Shown here: in pieces, positions 47,854 to 57,516 of the stretch
Layout: each line of letters begins with the position of its first letter
How positions within the stretch are numbered: the first letter of the stretch is position 1
Source: a virus
Lineage: Duplodnaviria; Caudoviricetes
IMG/VR virus record: IMGVR_UViG_3300037465_000172
Coordinates: 1-61,619 of that record
Reading direction: 5' to 3' (one strand)
DNA: 61,619 nt
Position numbers and translations under genes: made by a program
Notes under the pieces: model-generated
Databases searched by the model: none
Seen by the model: only the letters and a program-made list of their open reading frames with translations
What the model was told of the DNA's origin: nothing

Positions 47854-48444
47854 TCATGCATCTGCCGGCCGCCGACCAGTCGTCAGGTATAGACGCAGCC
47901 GCTCATGTTGCCACGTACGCATTTCATCTTTTATAGATTCAGTGCGTTTATCACAGTATGTTGCGATTGTTGCATCATACGCCACGCTCCCCAGAAATAA
48001 AAAAATTTTCCTACGCACCACCTCCTCCGCAACCCACGCGGCACACCGCTGCGCAGCCTGCACGTTTTGGTCCTTGTTTGCAATTGCGTCCGCGGCGTCA
48101 ACTGCACGCCGATGCGCCCTCTCCAACTGCTTGTCCGTCGCCAGCCCGTCCGCGTGCGCGCGTGCGACACGCAGCGCCTCAACGCTGCGCCGATCAATCA
48201 GCAGGTACTTAATCCGCTCCGCATAGTCTGCTGCGAGGTGCCGCCAAAGATTGCTGTGCTCGGGGACCGTGCGCAGACACCACAACGCGTCGTTAAAATT
48301 GTTGGATTCAAGCACGGTCACCAGCGGTAGCGGCTCGTCGTCCGGACGGGTTTTGCCAAGGTGCACCAGCAGGCGGCACCAACCATGCACGCACGGCCTA
48401 TGCTGCCAGATTTTCTTCAGTGTCGTGCAGATTTTGTCGTTCAT
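47854..48444 (-). CDS. conserved phage hypothetical protein
   Basis: TTL..I....PC..GW..LL..LGK...DDEPL..DALWCL pattern; GGAGG SD. Confidence 0.75.
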   Translation of the reverse strand: MNDKICTTLKKIWQHRPCVHGWCRLLVHLGKTRPDDEPLPLVTVLESNNFNDALWCLRTVPEHSNLWRHLAADYAERIKYLLIDRRSVEALRVARAHADGLATDKQLERAHRRAVDAADAIANKDQNVQAAQRCAAWVAEEVVRRKIFLFLGSVAYDATIATYCDKRTESIKDEMRTWQHERLRLYLTTGRRPADA

Positions 48445-48466
48445 ATCGATCCTCCTTCAGGCAGCG

Positions 48467-48655
48467 TCAGACCTCGACCGGCCGCCGGCCGGTCGTCAAG
48501 TATAGACGCAGCCGCTCGTGCTGCCAGATTTTCTTCAGTGTCGTGCAAATTTGCGTTCCCATTTCCGACTTTCCTACTACGTCACCCGCAGCCCCCACCT
48601 TGCGCGCGAACTTGCGCACGAACTTGCGCAGCTTTTTCACCATTTTTCTGTTCAC
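48467..48655 (-). pseudogene. short ORF ending in an internally deleted copy of the 47854-48444 gene
   Basis: ICTTLKKIWQH joined directly to ERLRLYLTTGRRP. Confidence 0.65.
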
Positions 48656-49029
48656 CACACCCTCCGCAAGTACTCGATTGCCAAGAAAATCAGCACCCAC
48701 GACGCCACAAGGGCCGTAATTGCCGTCAGCAGTCGTATTTTCCCCCACCGATCCGCGAGCTTGGTGCGCAGCCGCCAGTGCTCCCGCCTATGGTACGTCA
48801 GCTCTCCAATCAAGAGCCCGTGCAATGGCATGCTAAGCTGAATAACGGCTATCTCGAATTCCGCCAGCTCTTCTGTTTTGATGTATTGCAGTGGCGCGTG
48901 CAACGCGCCGGACCGGGTCGTGTCATTGACGGTCTCTTTATCGTGCATAATTTTGTTGCGCGTCCAGAGCGCCAGCTCTTCGGGCGAGTCGAGCATGTCC
49001 AGCTGAACTGGGGTATTTCCCGGCATCAT
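48652..49029 (-). CDS. hypothetical protein with C-terminal TM segment
   Basis: Hydrophobic C-terminus; probable leaderless ATG at 49029. Confidence 0.55.
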   Translation of the reverse strand: MMPGNTPVQLDMLDSPEELALWTRNKIMHDKETVNDTTRSGALHAPLQYIKTEELAEFEIAVIQLSMPLHGLLIGELTYHRREHWRLRTKLADRWGKIRLLTAITALVASWVLIFLAIEYLRRVW

Positions 49030-49035
49030 GTGCGT

Positions 49036-49063
49036 AGTATGTGTATTATTCACGATACGTCAA
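49036..49063 (-). promoter_or_regulatory. sigma70-type promoter of the leftward accessory operon
   Basis: TTGACG-16 bp-CATACT with upstream A-tracts. Confidence 0.55.
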
Positions 49064-49337
49064 GTTTTTTATTTTTAGAGAAAAATTTCTGGCGGACTTG
49101 CTCAGGAGCTTTTTAGGCAAAGCAATTGGTGGCGGAACAGGTATAAACGCCTTGCTTTGTTACGTTTGCGCGTAGCAAGCGAGTTTTGGAGGTTGAGGGG
49201 ATGAAAGCATAAGCAGGAATCGTGTGTCAAGTATGTGTGTTGTGATTTTTGTAGGATGTGGGGGTGAAAGGGATAAGGGGGTACGCCACCCCCCACCCCC
49301 CGTGGCCTGATCCACCGGCCCCCGCATCCCATCATCT

Positions 49338-49353
49338 TCACACACGCGTGTGA
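49338..49353. promoter_or_regulatory. palindrome copy 1
   Basis: TCACAC-ACGC-GTGTGA. Confidence 0.7.
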
Positions 49354-49414
49354 TTCTTTCCTTACACGCGATATATGAGAGATGTTCTCTCGTACAACAT
49401 AGGAGCTAAGCATC

Positions 49415-49975
49415 ATGTCCAAGGAAAAAATCAACTACGCCACACTTAATTCATCGGATCGCGCTCGTATCGCACGCGCTGTAAACGCTGCGGTTGTTGA
49501 AGTCGGATCATCGGGTACGATCCTCGCGCGCATTTGCAGTGTCGCGCAGGAAGCCGCGAAAGGCGCGCCGATAAGCAGCGAAACGCTTGATGCGATCATG
49601 GCCGACGTCAAGCGAAGCGATGGTGTACAGGCCCTCGCGCCGCGTACACGCGACAACGTGCTGAGCCGCTACCGTACAACACTCATGGTATACGATCGCT
49701 TGAGCGATGCGATTGAGGCCGTGAAGGATAGCGCTGGCAGCATCACAGTACATGACGCATTTGCGCTTGCGTCGTTGCTTCGCAAGGGCAAGAGCATAAA
49801 GGATGCTGCGAAGATGGTGAGCGATAAGATCCGAGGTAAGCGCGCGGAGCCGACCAAGGCCGACTATGCCAAGCGCGCGGCGAGCGCGCTCAAAGCATGG
49901 TTCGAAAACTCGCGTGGCGAGAAGCGCGTCGCAATTCTCAAGGCCGCGGAGTCGCTCGGTCTCAAGATCGCCTAG
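49415..49975 (+). CDS. early hypothetical protein, basic and helical
   Basis: AGGAG SD; own terminator. Confidence 0.8.
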   Translation: MSKEKINYATLNSSDRARIARAVNAAVVEVGSSGTILARICSVAQEAAKGAPISSETLDAIMADVKRSDGVQALAPRTRDNVLSRYRTTLMVYDRLSDAIEAVKDSAGSITVHDAFALASLLRKGKSIKDAAKMVSDKIRGKRAEPTKADYAKRAASALKAWFENSRGEKRVAILKAAESLGLKIA

Positions 49976-49980
49976 TCGTT

Positions 49981-49996
49981 TCACACGCACGTGTGA
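49981..49996. promoter_or_regulatory. palindrome copy 2
   Basis: TCACAC-GCAC-GTGTGA. Confidence 0.75.
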
Positions 49997-50001
49997 ATGT
50001 C

Positions 50002-50039
50002 AAACCCCCCGGACCGCAAGGTCCGAGGGGTTTTTTCTT
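50002..50039 (+). terminator. intrinsic terminator
   Basis: CCCC.CGGACC-GCAA-GGTCCG.GGGG-TTTTTT. Confidence 0.88.
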
Positions 50040-50073
50040 GGCTTGCACGAGCGAAAAATCTCCCAACACGATA

Positions 50074-50117
50074 ATTTAAACAATCAATTGTTTAAATAAT
50101 CGGTTGTTTGAAACAAC
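50074..50117. repeat. two adjacent AT-rich inverted repeats
   Basis: ATTTAAACAAT-CA-ATTGTTTAAAT and GTTGTTT-G-AAACAAC. Confidence 0.8.
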
Positions 50118-50478
50118 AGTTGCGCAAAACATGGCAGTTTGCGAGGAGGCTGCGCCAAAAAAGCGTTATCACGGCACGTACGCAAACGCGCAAAAATGCA
50201 AGAGCGAGTCATCATTGCCAATGCGAGCGGGAGGGCACACACAAAGCGGCAAACGAAAATGCCGCTAATTCTCTATGTATTTATCTATATCTATATCATA
50301 TATTCATTACCTAGCATATGCTCCCCCCCGGAGCGTTGCGCAGAAGCAGGGTTTAAGGGGTCGCGCACAACCCCTCAACCCCCCAAAATGTTGGGGGCTC
50401 TACTCTCAGCAATGAATATATGATATACTTCAATGCGTTTAACCCTCAAAACCCCGACAATCTGGAGTACCATTCGTT

Positions 50479-50952
50479 ATGCGCCCCTCTGACAATTTTG
50501 GCAATGAGCCTTTCACGCGCAACGGTCACGGTTCTTTGCTACCCAATGCTGACCCACACAGCACGGTTTGTTCACACGTACGTGTGAAGATCACGCCCTT
50601 GCAGGCCGCATGCCTACATACCGCGCTGCGCGCCTACCGCAAGGCCCTCAGCACCAAAACCCACAACCCCGATGCGCGCCGCGCCGTTCGCTACATCACG
50701 CGCATCATCCGCGCCCTACCCGACCCACGCTTCAAGCCCTGCATGTTCCAGCTTGAATACCCACACGTGGAATGGCCTTTTGTCTCACGCGCGCTGCGGC
50801 AGGGTGGCTACAACCCCGCTCCCGGATTAACGGCCAAATGGCTCGCGACCTACCACGCCCTCAACCGTCGTGGCTTCGCCCGCATCTCCACTACTGCCGG
50901 GGATGCCCGCCGCATAGCTCGTACCAAGCGCCTTGCCAAACCGGTGCGCTGA
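50479..50952 (+). CDS. basic hypothetical protein (start uncertain)
   Basis: 157-aa ORF; GGAG upstream. Confidence 0.5.
   Translation: MRPSDNFGNEPFTRNGHGSLLPNADPHSTVCSHVRVKITPLQAACLHTALRAYRKALSTKTHNPDARRAVRYITRIIRALPDPRFKPCMFQLEYPHVEWPFVSRALRQGGYNPAPGLTAKWLATYHALNRRGFARISTTAGDARRIARTKRLAKPVR
50571..50588. promoter_or_regulatory. palindrome copy 3
   Basis: Perfect 18-bp TTCACACGTACGTGTGAA. Confidence 0.75.
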
Positions 50953-50976
50953 CCCAGCGTTATCACGCCAGCCGCT

Positions 50977-50993
50977 TTCACACGCCGTGTGAA
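50977..50993. promoter_or_regulatory. palindrome copy 4 (3-bp spacer)
   Basis: TTCACAC-GCC-GTGTGAA. Confidence 0.65.
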
Positions 50994-51012
50994 TCGCGCA
51001 TGCAAAGTGCTG

Positions 51013-51084
51013 CGGCATACCTCACTCCTTAAGCCCAACAGGGTTCTAGCTCCGCTCTGTGGGGGCTGGGGGTGAGGTATGCCG
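51013..51084 (+). other. long intergenic hairpin
   Basis: CGGCATACCTCACTCC pairs with GGGGTGAGGTATGCCG (one G-U); inner AGCCC/GGGCT and ACAGGG/CTCTGT. Confidence 0.8.
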
Positions 51085-51120
51085 GATCACTTTCGATCCA
51101 TTAACCCGAGGAACTGACCA

Positions 51121-51327
51121 ATGAACATCGTCATCGACCCTGAAACTATCAAATGGCTGCATGCGCACCTGTCGCTGTTGTTAACTGAATGGCTGATCGA
51201 ACAGAAACGCATTAACAAATCCGAATCACCCATCGACAGCACGTATGCTGTTGTGTTGGCGCATGACATCGCGCAGGCACAACAGGTATTGGCGGCGCTG
51301 GCATCTAAGACAGAAGAACGACCATGA
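51121..51327 (+). CDS. hypothetical protein
   Basis: GAGGA SD. Confidence 0.6.
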   Translation: MNIVIDPETIKWLHAHLSLLLTEWLIEQKRINKSESPIDSTYAVVLAHDIAQAQQVLAALASKTEERP

Positions 51328-51486
51328 GCATACGCAGTCGTTGCCGAAAATTTCACGTGCAACATGTACATTGTCGGTCCGTTCGATTCCAGACAAGACG
51401 TCAGCAACTACGCTGAGCGCAAGATTGGCGCAACGTGAGAAATTGTGTTGATGCAACCCCCTGACTACAACTGGAGCAAGCTATGA
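51328..51486 (+). pseudogene. interrupted small ORF
   Basis: Protein-like frame with internal TGA, ending in an ATGA overlap with the next gene. Confidence 0.35.
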
Positions 51487-52241
51487 TTATCAAGTCAATG
51501 GAAGAACTCGAACGCGAGCAGACCAAGCAGCGCGAGGAGCTCATGAAGCATCTCGCCATCGTACAACAGTTGCCTACCAACGGAATGCGCGTGTACTGGG
51601 AATCGACAGTGGAGATGCGCAGCATCGAGCTACTGCCTTGGATCATCCACAGTCCGTTTCGTGGTGCCGAGCACGTGACGTATAAAATTCCTTGTTCTTA
51701 CGACAAGGATGGCGAGGAAAACTATCACTACCGCAAGAACATGGCGCGCGCTTACATCACCGCGCTCGTTGATGCATATAAACCTGTAATGATCGATACG
51801 CTCGCGATCAAAGGTCAGTATGCAAGCTATGTTCCCGAGACGTTTGACTACAAGGCCAGCCGCGATTACAAAGACGCCGTAATCGTGGCTAAAGGCGAGT
51901 ACGTCTTGATCGCTTCGCGCTACATTGGCGAGCACAGCTATGCACAGCTTGAACTTGAGTTCTACGTGCAACTGCCGAACATCGGGCCGACCAAGATCAA
52001 GCTCGATATGTCCGATTATAACCCGCCGTACCAACTAATGCCTATTCCTGTTGGTATTCGTACCTATGGCGAAAACGGGCCTGTGTCGAGCGTTGATCGT
52101 TGGGACGTTCCGAACGACGGCGCGGCGCGCACGATCCATCGCTGGTTACGTACAGATGGAAACTCGCGCAGCAAAAGAATTGAGTGGCTGTTCCAGCACG
52201 ACAAGGCGCTGCGCGAAACACTGGGTCTTGAGGAGGTCTAA
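51483..52241 (+). CDS. hypothetical protein
   Basis: 252-aa ORF; GGAG SD. Confidence 0.75.
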   Translation: MIIKSMEELEREQTKQREELMKHLAIVQQLPTNGMRVYWESTVEMRSIELLPWIIHSPFRGAEHVTYKIPCSYDKDGEENYHYRKNMARAYITALVDAYKPVMIDTLAIKGQYASYVPETFDYKASRDYKDAVIVAKGEYVLIASRYIGEHSYAQLELEFYVQLPNIGPTKIKLDMSDYNPPYQLMPIPVGIRTYGENGPVSSVDRWDVPNDGAARTIHRWLRTDGNSRSKRIEWLFQHDKALRETLGLEEV

Positions 52242-52243
52242 TC

Positions 52244-52522
52244 ATGTCTTACCGAAAAATCCTCATTGAAGCAGCCGAAGGTGATCCTTTACCTGTACTC
52301 GACTACATGGCATTGCGCAACAAACAGTGGCTGACCGAGTGGTACATCAAGCGTGCGCGCATGCGTTATAACGCGGCATTAAAGCAGGATGCACAAGTAA
52401 CCCCCCAACCTGACATCCCGAGACCATGGCTGACCGCTACGTCGACTACGTCGAAACGAGCGGTAGCATGGCTTATGAAAATTGGGCAATCAGGTATTTC
52501 ACGGCCCTTCACGAGCTTGTGA
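52244..52522 (+). CDS. hypothetical protein (possibly frameshifted near 52418)
   Basis: GAGGAGG SD; overlapping alternative frame 52426-52695. Confidence 0.55.
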   Translation: MSYRKILIEAAEGDPLPVLDYMALRNKQWLTEWYIKRARMRYNAALKQDAQVTPQPDIPRPWLTATSTTSKRAVAWLMKIGQSGISRPFTSL

Positions 52523-52600
52523 CGCAGGAGGGTCAAAACATACGCCCGAATGTGTGTGTGAAAGCGCCCGACGTGTGGATCTCCGAAAGGAGCAGAACTT

Positions 52601-52897
52601 ATGCGCATCATGTACACAATCGCCAACGTTTCGTTCTGCGAGAACTCGAACCCTCAAGTTGTCCGACGCAGCGTCACGATGGCGAAGAGGTTTAAGAACG
52701 TCACGACACATGGAGTGCCCTTCCTCATGCGCATCATGGCAGGCAAGCAGTATATCACTGTGATGTTCAGAACTGAGAAACATCACACTGACGAAGTGAT
52801 GCTTCTTGCTGCGGCAGAGATCGTTATGACCAAGTCCAAGTATCCGCCGCGCATATACGTAACGCAGGAGCAAAATTTCAACGTATTGCCAGTTTAG
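52601..52897 (+). CDS. hypothetical protein
   Basis: AAGGAG SD. Confidence 0.65.
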   Translation: MRIMYTIANVSFCENSNPQVVRRSVTMAKRFKNVTTHGVPFLMRIMAGKQYITVMFRTEKHHTDEVMLLAAAEIVMTKSKYPPRIYVTQEQNFNVLPV

Positions 52898-53020
52898 CTC
52901 TACAACTTAATCTTATATCAGCGGGTTAGATCATGACCCGCAAAGGAGGACACGCCATTTAAATTCATTGCCCCGCAAGGAGCAGTTTGTCGTTATCACA
53001 ATCGCATAGGAAATCACATC

Positions 53021-54082
53021 ATGAATCTGAATCAAGCTGCTGACATCATCGTCACCACGTTCAAGACCCAAATCGTCAGCAATACGCGCTTTGCGATCGA
53101 GCTGGAGTCGGGTCCGGGCATCGGCAAGTCGTCCATCGTACATCAGTTGCGTGAAAGACTCGCGAAAGAACTGGGTGAGTCGGTCGGGCTCATCGAGTTC
53201 TTCTTGTCTACATGCGAAGCCCCTGACGTTGCGGGTTTTCACATGCCGGATCGCGACGAAGACGGCATCGCGGTGACGCGCACTACACGCGCACCATGGG
53301 CTCCGGGTAAGGATGCACCGAAGTACGGCATCGTGTTTCTCGACGAGTTCCGTCAGGCACCCGTTGACGTACAGAAACCCGCTGCCGAACTGTTGCTCAA
53401 CGGTCGCGTGGGAGAAACGTCGCTCCCCATCACGTGGTTTGTCATCGCTGCCAGCAACCGTGAAACTGACCGCTCTGGTGTGCAGCGCGAGTTGGCGTTC
53501 ATCAGCAATCGGCGAATGCTGCTGCGTATTGAGCCTAACCTTGATGCGTGGGTAGAGTGGGCGGAGAAATCCAACGTACATCCGCTGGCGATTGCGTTTG
53601 CCAAATTCAAGCCGAGCGTGGTGTTCCAAGATCGCGTGCCTGACAAATCAGGTCCGTTCTGTACTCCTCGCACGCTCGTCAAGACCAGCTACTTGATTGG
53701 GCAGCTGGATATGGCGTTGTTTACCGAAGTGGCACAAGGCTACCTTGGTGAAGGTGCGGGTGCGGAGTTTGTGGCGTTCCTGCGCGTGGCAGAACAGCTA
53801 CCTACGTTTGAGCAGATCATCGCCGACCCTAAGCGAACGCCAGTGCCTGATCGTCCGGATGCTGCGTATGCGGCGGTGCAAATGCTGGCACATTGCGTGA
53901 CCGAAGAAACCGGACTTAAGGCGTTTGAGTACCTCATTCGCATGCCCAAGGAATATCAGGTTGTTGGCTTGCGTACTGTGTTTGCAAAGGCCCGATCGCT
54001 GCTGACCAAGCCTGAATACCAACAGTGGATTCGCGAGAACAAGGATCTCGTGCTTGCCGCTGCCATGGTCTCCCGTAAGTAA
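53021..54082 (+). CDS. MoxR-like AAA+ ATPase
   Basis: SGPGIGKS, VFLDEF, IAASN, NR, TPRT. Confidence 0.88.
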   Translation: MNLNQAADIIVTTFKTQIVSNTRFAIELESGPGIGKSSIVHQLRERLAKELGESVGLIEFFLSTCEAPDVAGFHMPDRDEDGIAVTRTTRAPWAPGKDAPKYGIVFLDEFRQAPVDVQKPAAELLLNGRVGETSLPITWFVIAASNRETDRSGVQRELAFISNRRMLLRIEPNLDAWVEWAEKSNVHPLAIAFAKFKPSVVFQDRVPDKSGPFCTPRTLVKTSYLIGQLDMALFTEVAQGYLGEGAGAEFVAFLRVAEQLPTFEQIIADPKRTPVPDRPDAAYAAVQMLAHCVTEETGLKAFEYLIRMPKEYQVVGLRTVFAKARSLLTKPEYQQWIRENKDLVLAAAMVSRK

Positions 54083-54088
54083 TATCAC

Positions 54089-54104
54089 TCACACGCACGT
54101 GTGA
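54089..54104. promoter_or_regulatory. palindrome copy 5
   Basis: TCACAC-GCAC-GTGTGA between a stop codon and the next SD. Confidence 0.75.
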
Positions 54105-54116
54105 AAAGGAAATAAA

Positions 54117-55283
54117 ATGAACACTTTTAACGACATCGAGTCGATGATTAATGAAATCCTCGACGGTAAGAGTCCCGCACCTTCGCTGGTACCTGAGCCC
54201 AAGCCTGAGCCCAAGCCAATGTCGGTTGCGGCAAACTGGATTCAGGCCAAGGACCCTGAAGTTCCACAAGTGATGGCCGAAGCCATCGCACAAGCAAACG
54301 AGGAACCCGAGCCCGTCATCACGCAGCACGTGTTCACTGATACTCCCGTCGATACCACGCGCATTCCGATTCCGACGTTCGACGCTGAGTCGCTTGGCGA
54401 AGTTGTGGATGTGCGCAATTTTGGTCAGCTGGTGACGTTGACGACGAAGCGTTGGCACGCTAAGGCCAAGGATCGACAGGCCAGCAAGGACGCTGCGCGG
54501 GCCAATGATGCCGTGGCCGAGGCGTTCGACACTCACAAGCGTTTGCTGGTAGGTGCCGACGAAACGCTCAAGGCCATTCACAAAGCGTTGGACGACGCGC
54601 GCGCACGGCACTACACCATGACACTCCCGTGGTCTACAACTGGGCTCGACGACGTCGGTCGCCGATCCGGTGCGCGCATCCTGCCGAACTCCATGTTCTT
54701 CGAGTACACCGAGGCAATGGCCGAATGCAAGAACAACATGAATAAGGCAATTGCCGCGTTCGTGCCTGCATATCCTTCGCTCATTGAGCGTGCACGAGCC
54801 AAGCTCGGTAAGCGTTTTGATCCGCGCGAGTATCCGGCAGTGGATGTCATCCAGCATCACTTCGACTTGTCGTTTGACTTTCAGCCCATCCCGACAGGAT
54901 CGGATTTTAAGGGCCTGCCGCAACAGCAGCTGGAGGCGCTTGCGCGCCATTTAAACAACAAAACTAAGAAGATGATGGCGAACGCGATGGCCGATGTCTG
55001 GACACGTATGTATGAAGCGGTCAGCAGGATGGCCGAACGATTGTCGAGTACGGATAAGGTGTTTCATTACACGCTTGTCGAGAATGTACGCGAGACGGCG
55101 CGACTTGCCAAGCACCTCAACGTCATGAATGACTTGCGTGTTGAGCGTGTGCGTACACAGATTGAGCGATACTTGACCGTGCACGACGTCGAGACGCTCC
55201 GCAAGCAGCACGAAACGCGCAAGCGCGTAGCTGCATACGCTCAGTCTATCGTCGAGATAATGCAGAAGGAGGCGTTGACATGA
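54117..55283 (+). CDS. helical protein associated with phage AAA/vWA modules (DUF3150-like)
   Basis: KRLL, HY.MTLPW...G.RILP, LG.RFD..EYP pattern; synteny. Confidence 0.6.
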   Translation: MNTFNDIESMINEILDGKSPAPSLVPEPKPEPKPMSVAANWIQAKDPEVPQVMAEAIAQANEEPEPVITQHVFTDTPVDTTRIPIPTFDAESLGEVVDVRNFGQLVTLTTKRWHAKAKDRQASKDAARANDAVAEAFDTHKRLLVGADETLKAIHKALDDARARHYTMTLPWSTTGLDDVGRRSGARILPNSMFFEYTEAMAECKNNMNKAIAAFVPAYPSLIERARAKLGKRFDPREYPAVDVIQHHFDLSFDFQPIPTGSDFKGLPQQQLEALARHLNNKTKKMMANAMADVWTRMYEAVSRMAERLSSTDKVFHYTLVENVRETARLAKHLNVMNDLRVERVRTQIERYLTVHDVETLRKQHETRKRVAAYAQSIVEIMQKEALT

Positions 55284-55468
55284 GGAACTTACTCATCGCG
55301 CTGCTCGGCATCATTCTGGCGGTGAATCTTGCCAACATTAGCCACGCAATCAAAAACGTCAGAGATAAACAGGCGTTCGCACAGTGCGTGGCCCCGCAAC
55401 CATTCGACGACTCTCGCATTGCACGGTGTAAGCTAATCCTAAATCGTTACATGAAGGAACTACAATGA
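55280..55468 (+). CDS. small membrane/exported protein
   Basis: Hydrophobic N-terminus; ATGA overlaps at both ends. Confidence 0.65.
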   Translation: MRNLLIALLGIILAVNLANISHAIKNVRDKQAFAQCVAPQPFDDSRIARCKLILNRYMKELQ

Positions 55469-56787
55469 CTATTATCACTCAGGCTGTTTCCGGCAAGCAG
55501 CGGCTGTCGGAAATCAAGACGGCAATGCTCATGTACTCGCCGTTTTTTGCATCGCTGCTGTACGACATGATGGAGATCAAACTGCTCCCCGGTGACGATG
55601 CGGAGATTCCGACGCTCGGCACTGACGGCAAAACAATTTACATCAACGAGTCGTTCTTCGGCGCTTTGCCCTTGCTACAAGCTTATGCAGCTATGTGCCA
55701 TGAAATCGCGCATGCTATGTGGATGCACTTTGAGCGCGGCAAAGTGTTTTCCGACATGGGTTTCGAAGGCCGCCCGTTCCGTCCTGCGCTCTACAACATT
55801 GCAGGTGACTTCGTCATCAACGACATGTTGAAGGCGTGCAATATCGGCGAGCTTGGGCCGGGGTGGCTCTGGTCGCCGAAATATAAGCACACGATGAACG
55901 TCGATGACGTTTACCGTGAGCTTGAGAAGGAGTTTCCGCCTCAACTTTCGAAGCAACCCCAGCAGAATAACAGCAACAGTATCGAGGGTAGCAGTGCTAA
56001 GAACAACAGTGCCAACAGCAATAGTGCCAACGGCAACAATGTCAACAGCAACAGTGCCAATAGCAATGAAAGCAACGAGTCCAATGCCGTTAAAGACATG
56101 GAAGAAAAGGTGCTCGACAAACACATTTTTCCGGCAACCAAGGTACAGGAGGCGGAATGGAGGCGGGCTATAAAGTCTGCATATATTGCTGCCAAAGCTG
56201 TCGACAAAATGCCTGAGGCGCTGGAACGGTTTGTCACGGAGTTCCTCAACCCTCAAATCTTATGGCAGGAGAAGTTGCGATTTCACGTGATTCGTGTAGC
56301 AACACGCGACATTAAATCGTGGGGCTCGCCACATCGTCGTCGGCTTATTACGCAGCGCCTGTTCTATCCCCGCAATCGCGGGTTTGGAGCGGGCGAAATC
56401 GTTGTGGCCGTTGATACTTCGGGCTCGATCAGCGAAGCCGAGCTCAATACGTTCTTTGGCGAGCTAGCGTCTATAATCGATGACTGCAACCCGGAAACGG
56501 TGTGGGTACTCAGCATCGATGCGCACGTTAATAGTGTCGAGCGACTTGATTCGGGGCATGATTTGCGTCAGCACCCCCCGAAAATTGTTGGTGGCGGTGG
56601 TACAAGCTTCATTCCTGCGTTCGAGTGGTGCGACAATGAAGGCATCATTCCTTCTGTGCTGATCTATTTCACGGATCTGCATGGCGAGTACCCAAAGCTT
56701 CCGCCGACGTATTCAGTCATCTGGTGCGTCACGAACGAGCGGAAGGCAACGTGGGGCGAGAGCATCCAAATTAAGGTAGGTAAATAA
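55465..56787 (+). CDS. HEXXH metallopeptidase-like + vWA domain protein (DUF2201 type)
   Basis: TLGTDG, HEIAH, NIAGD.VIN; DTSGS MIDAS, GGGGTSF, YFTDLHG; Asn/Ser linker. Confidence 0.88.
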   Translation: MTIITQAVSGKQRLSEIKTAMLMYSPFFASLLYDMMEIKLLPGDDAEIPTLGTDGKTIYINESFFGALPLLQAYAAMCHEIAHAMWMHFERGKVFSDMGFEGRPFRPALYNIAGDFVINDMLKACNIGELGPGWLWSPKYKHTMNVDDVYRELEKEFPPQLSKQPQQNNSNSIEGSSAKNNSANSNSANGNNVNSNSANSNESNESNAVKDMEEKVLDKHIFPATKVQEAEWRRAIKSAYIAAKAVDKMPEALERFVTEFLNPQILWQEKLRFHVIRVATRDIKSWGSPHRRRLITQRLFYPRNRGFGAGEIVVAVDTSGSISEAELNTFFGELASIIDDCNPETVWVLSIDAHVNSVERLDSGHDLRQHPPKIVGGGGTSFIPAFEWCDNEGIIPSVLIYFTDLHGEYPKLPPTYSVIWCVTNERKATWGESIQIKVGK

Positions 56788-56788
56788 C

Positions 56789-57481
56789 ATGACACGCAAG
56801 GCAGTTATTCGTAATTTACCGAAGAGCGCTATACGTCGGAAAATTCTGGCGAACACGAAACTCCGGAAGATATCGTACTTCAATATATCCACAGCGCTAA
56901 CCGCCTTTTTGCGGCGACGGCAGCATCTCAACATTGCGCCGTATACAGCGATGGAGTTGTACAACGCTTGTCTTCCGTCGAACATCCCCATCATGATGAT
57001 TCCACACAGCGCAGAAGTACAAATAATCAATTTCAACCGGCTATTCAGCAAAATGACTAGCGAGATTTGTATCCGCGTGCGTGGCAGTAGCGCAGCAGTG
57101 ATTATCACGCTTGAAGAGCCACGCCCTTGCCCGCTGCGCGGCGGTGATGAGTTCATCTTACCGAGTAGCGATCCGATGGATACGCAGATGTATCGATGGG
57201 TGCAGCGGAGTTTGACTATACGTGACCAGCACGAAAACCTCATCAACGAGATTATTGGCGATATGAAAAACTGTAGTACCTTGACGTTTGGAGACTTGTG
57301 GTTTGCTACTCCTACGCTCGCACGCATTGCCGAACTGCCAGCGGCTTCGCGACCTGCTGCGGGGAACAAGCCGCGTATCTTGCAGCTGATCAGACCTCAG
57401 TTGATCGAGCAACTTGAGACTTATGTGGCAGAAGCTGAGATGCTGCCTGAAAAACTTCCTACTGTTCGACTTGAATCGTAA
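56789..57481 (+). CDS. hypothetical protein
   Basis: 230-aa ORF in operon. Confidence 0.65.
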   Translation: MTRKAVIRNLPKSAIRRKILANTKLRKISYFNISTALTAFLRRRQHLNIAPYTAMELYNACLPSNIPIMMIPHSAEVQIINFNRLFSKMTSEICIRVRGSSAAVIITLEEPRPCPLRGGDEFILPSSDPMDTQMYRWVQRSLTIRDQHENLINEIIGDMKNCSTLTFGDLWFATPTLARIAELPAASRPAAGNKPRILQLIRPQLIEQLETYVAEAEMLPEKLPTVRLES

Positions 57482-57516
57482 GAAATCGTTATAAAAACAG
57501 GTACACGGGGAATAAC

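Noticed and set aside
47854-48562. Template/variable repeat pair of a diversity-generating retroelement
   Set aside because: No reverse transcriptase in the genome; differences are not adenine-specific; duplication plus deletion explains it
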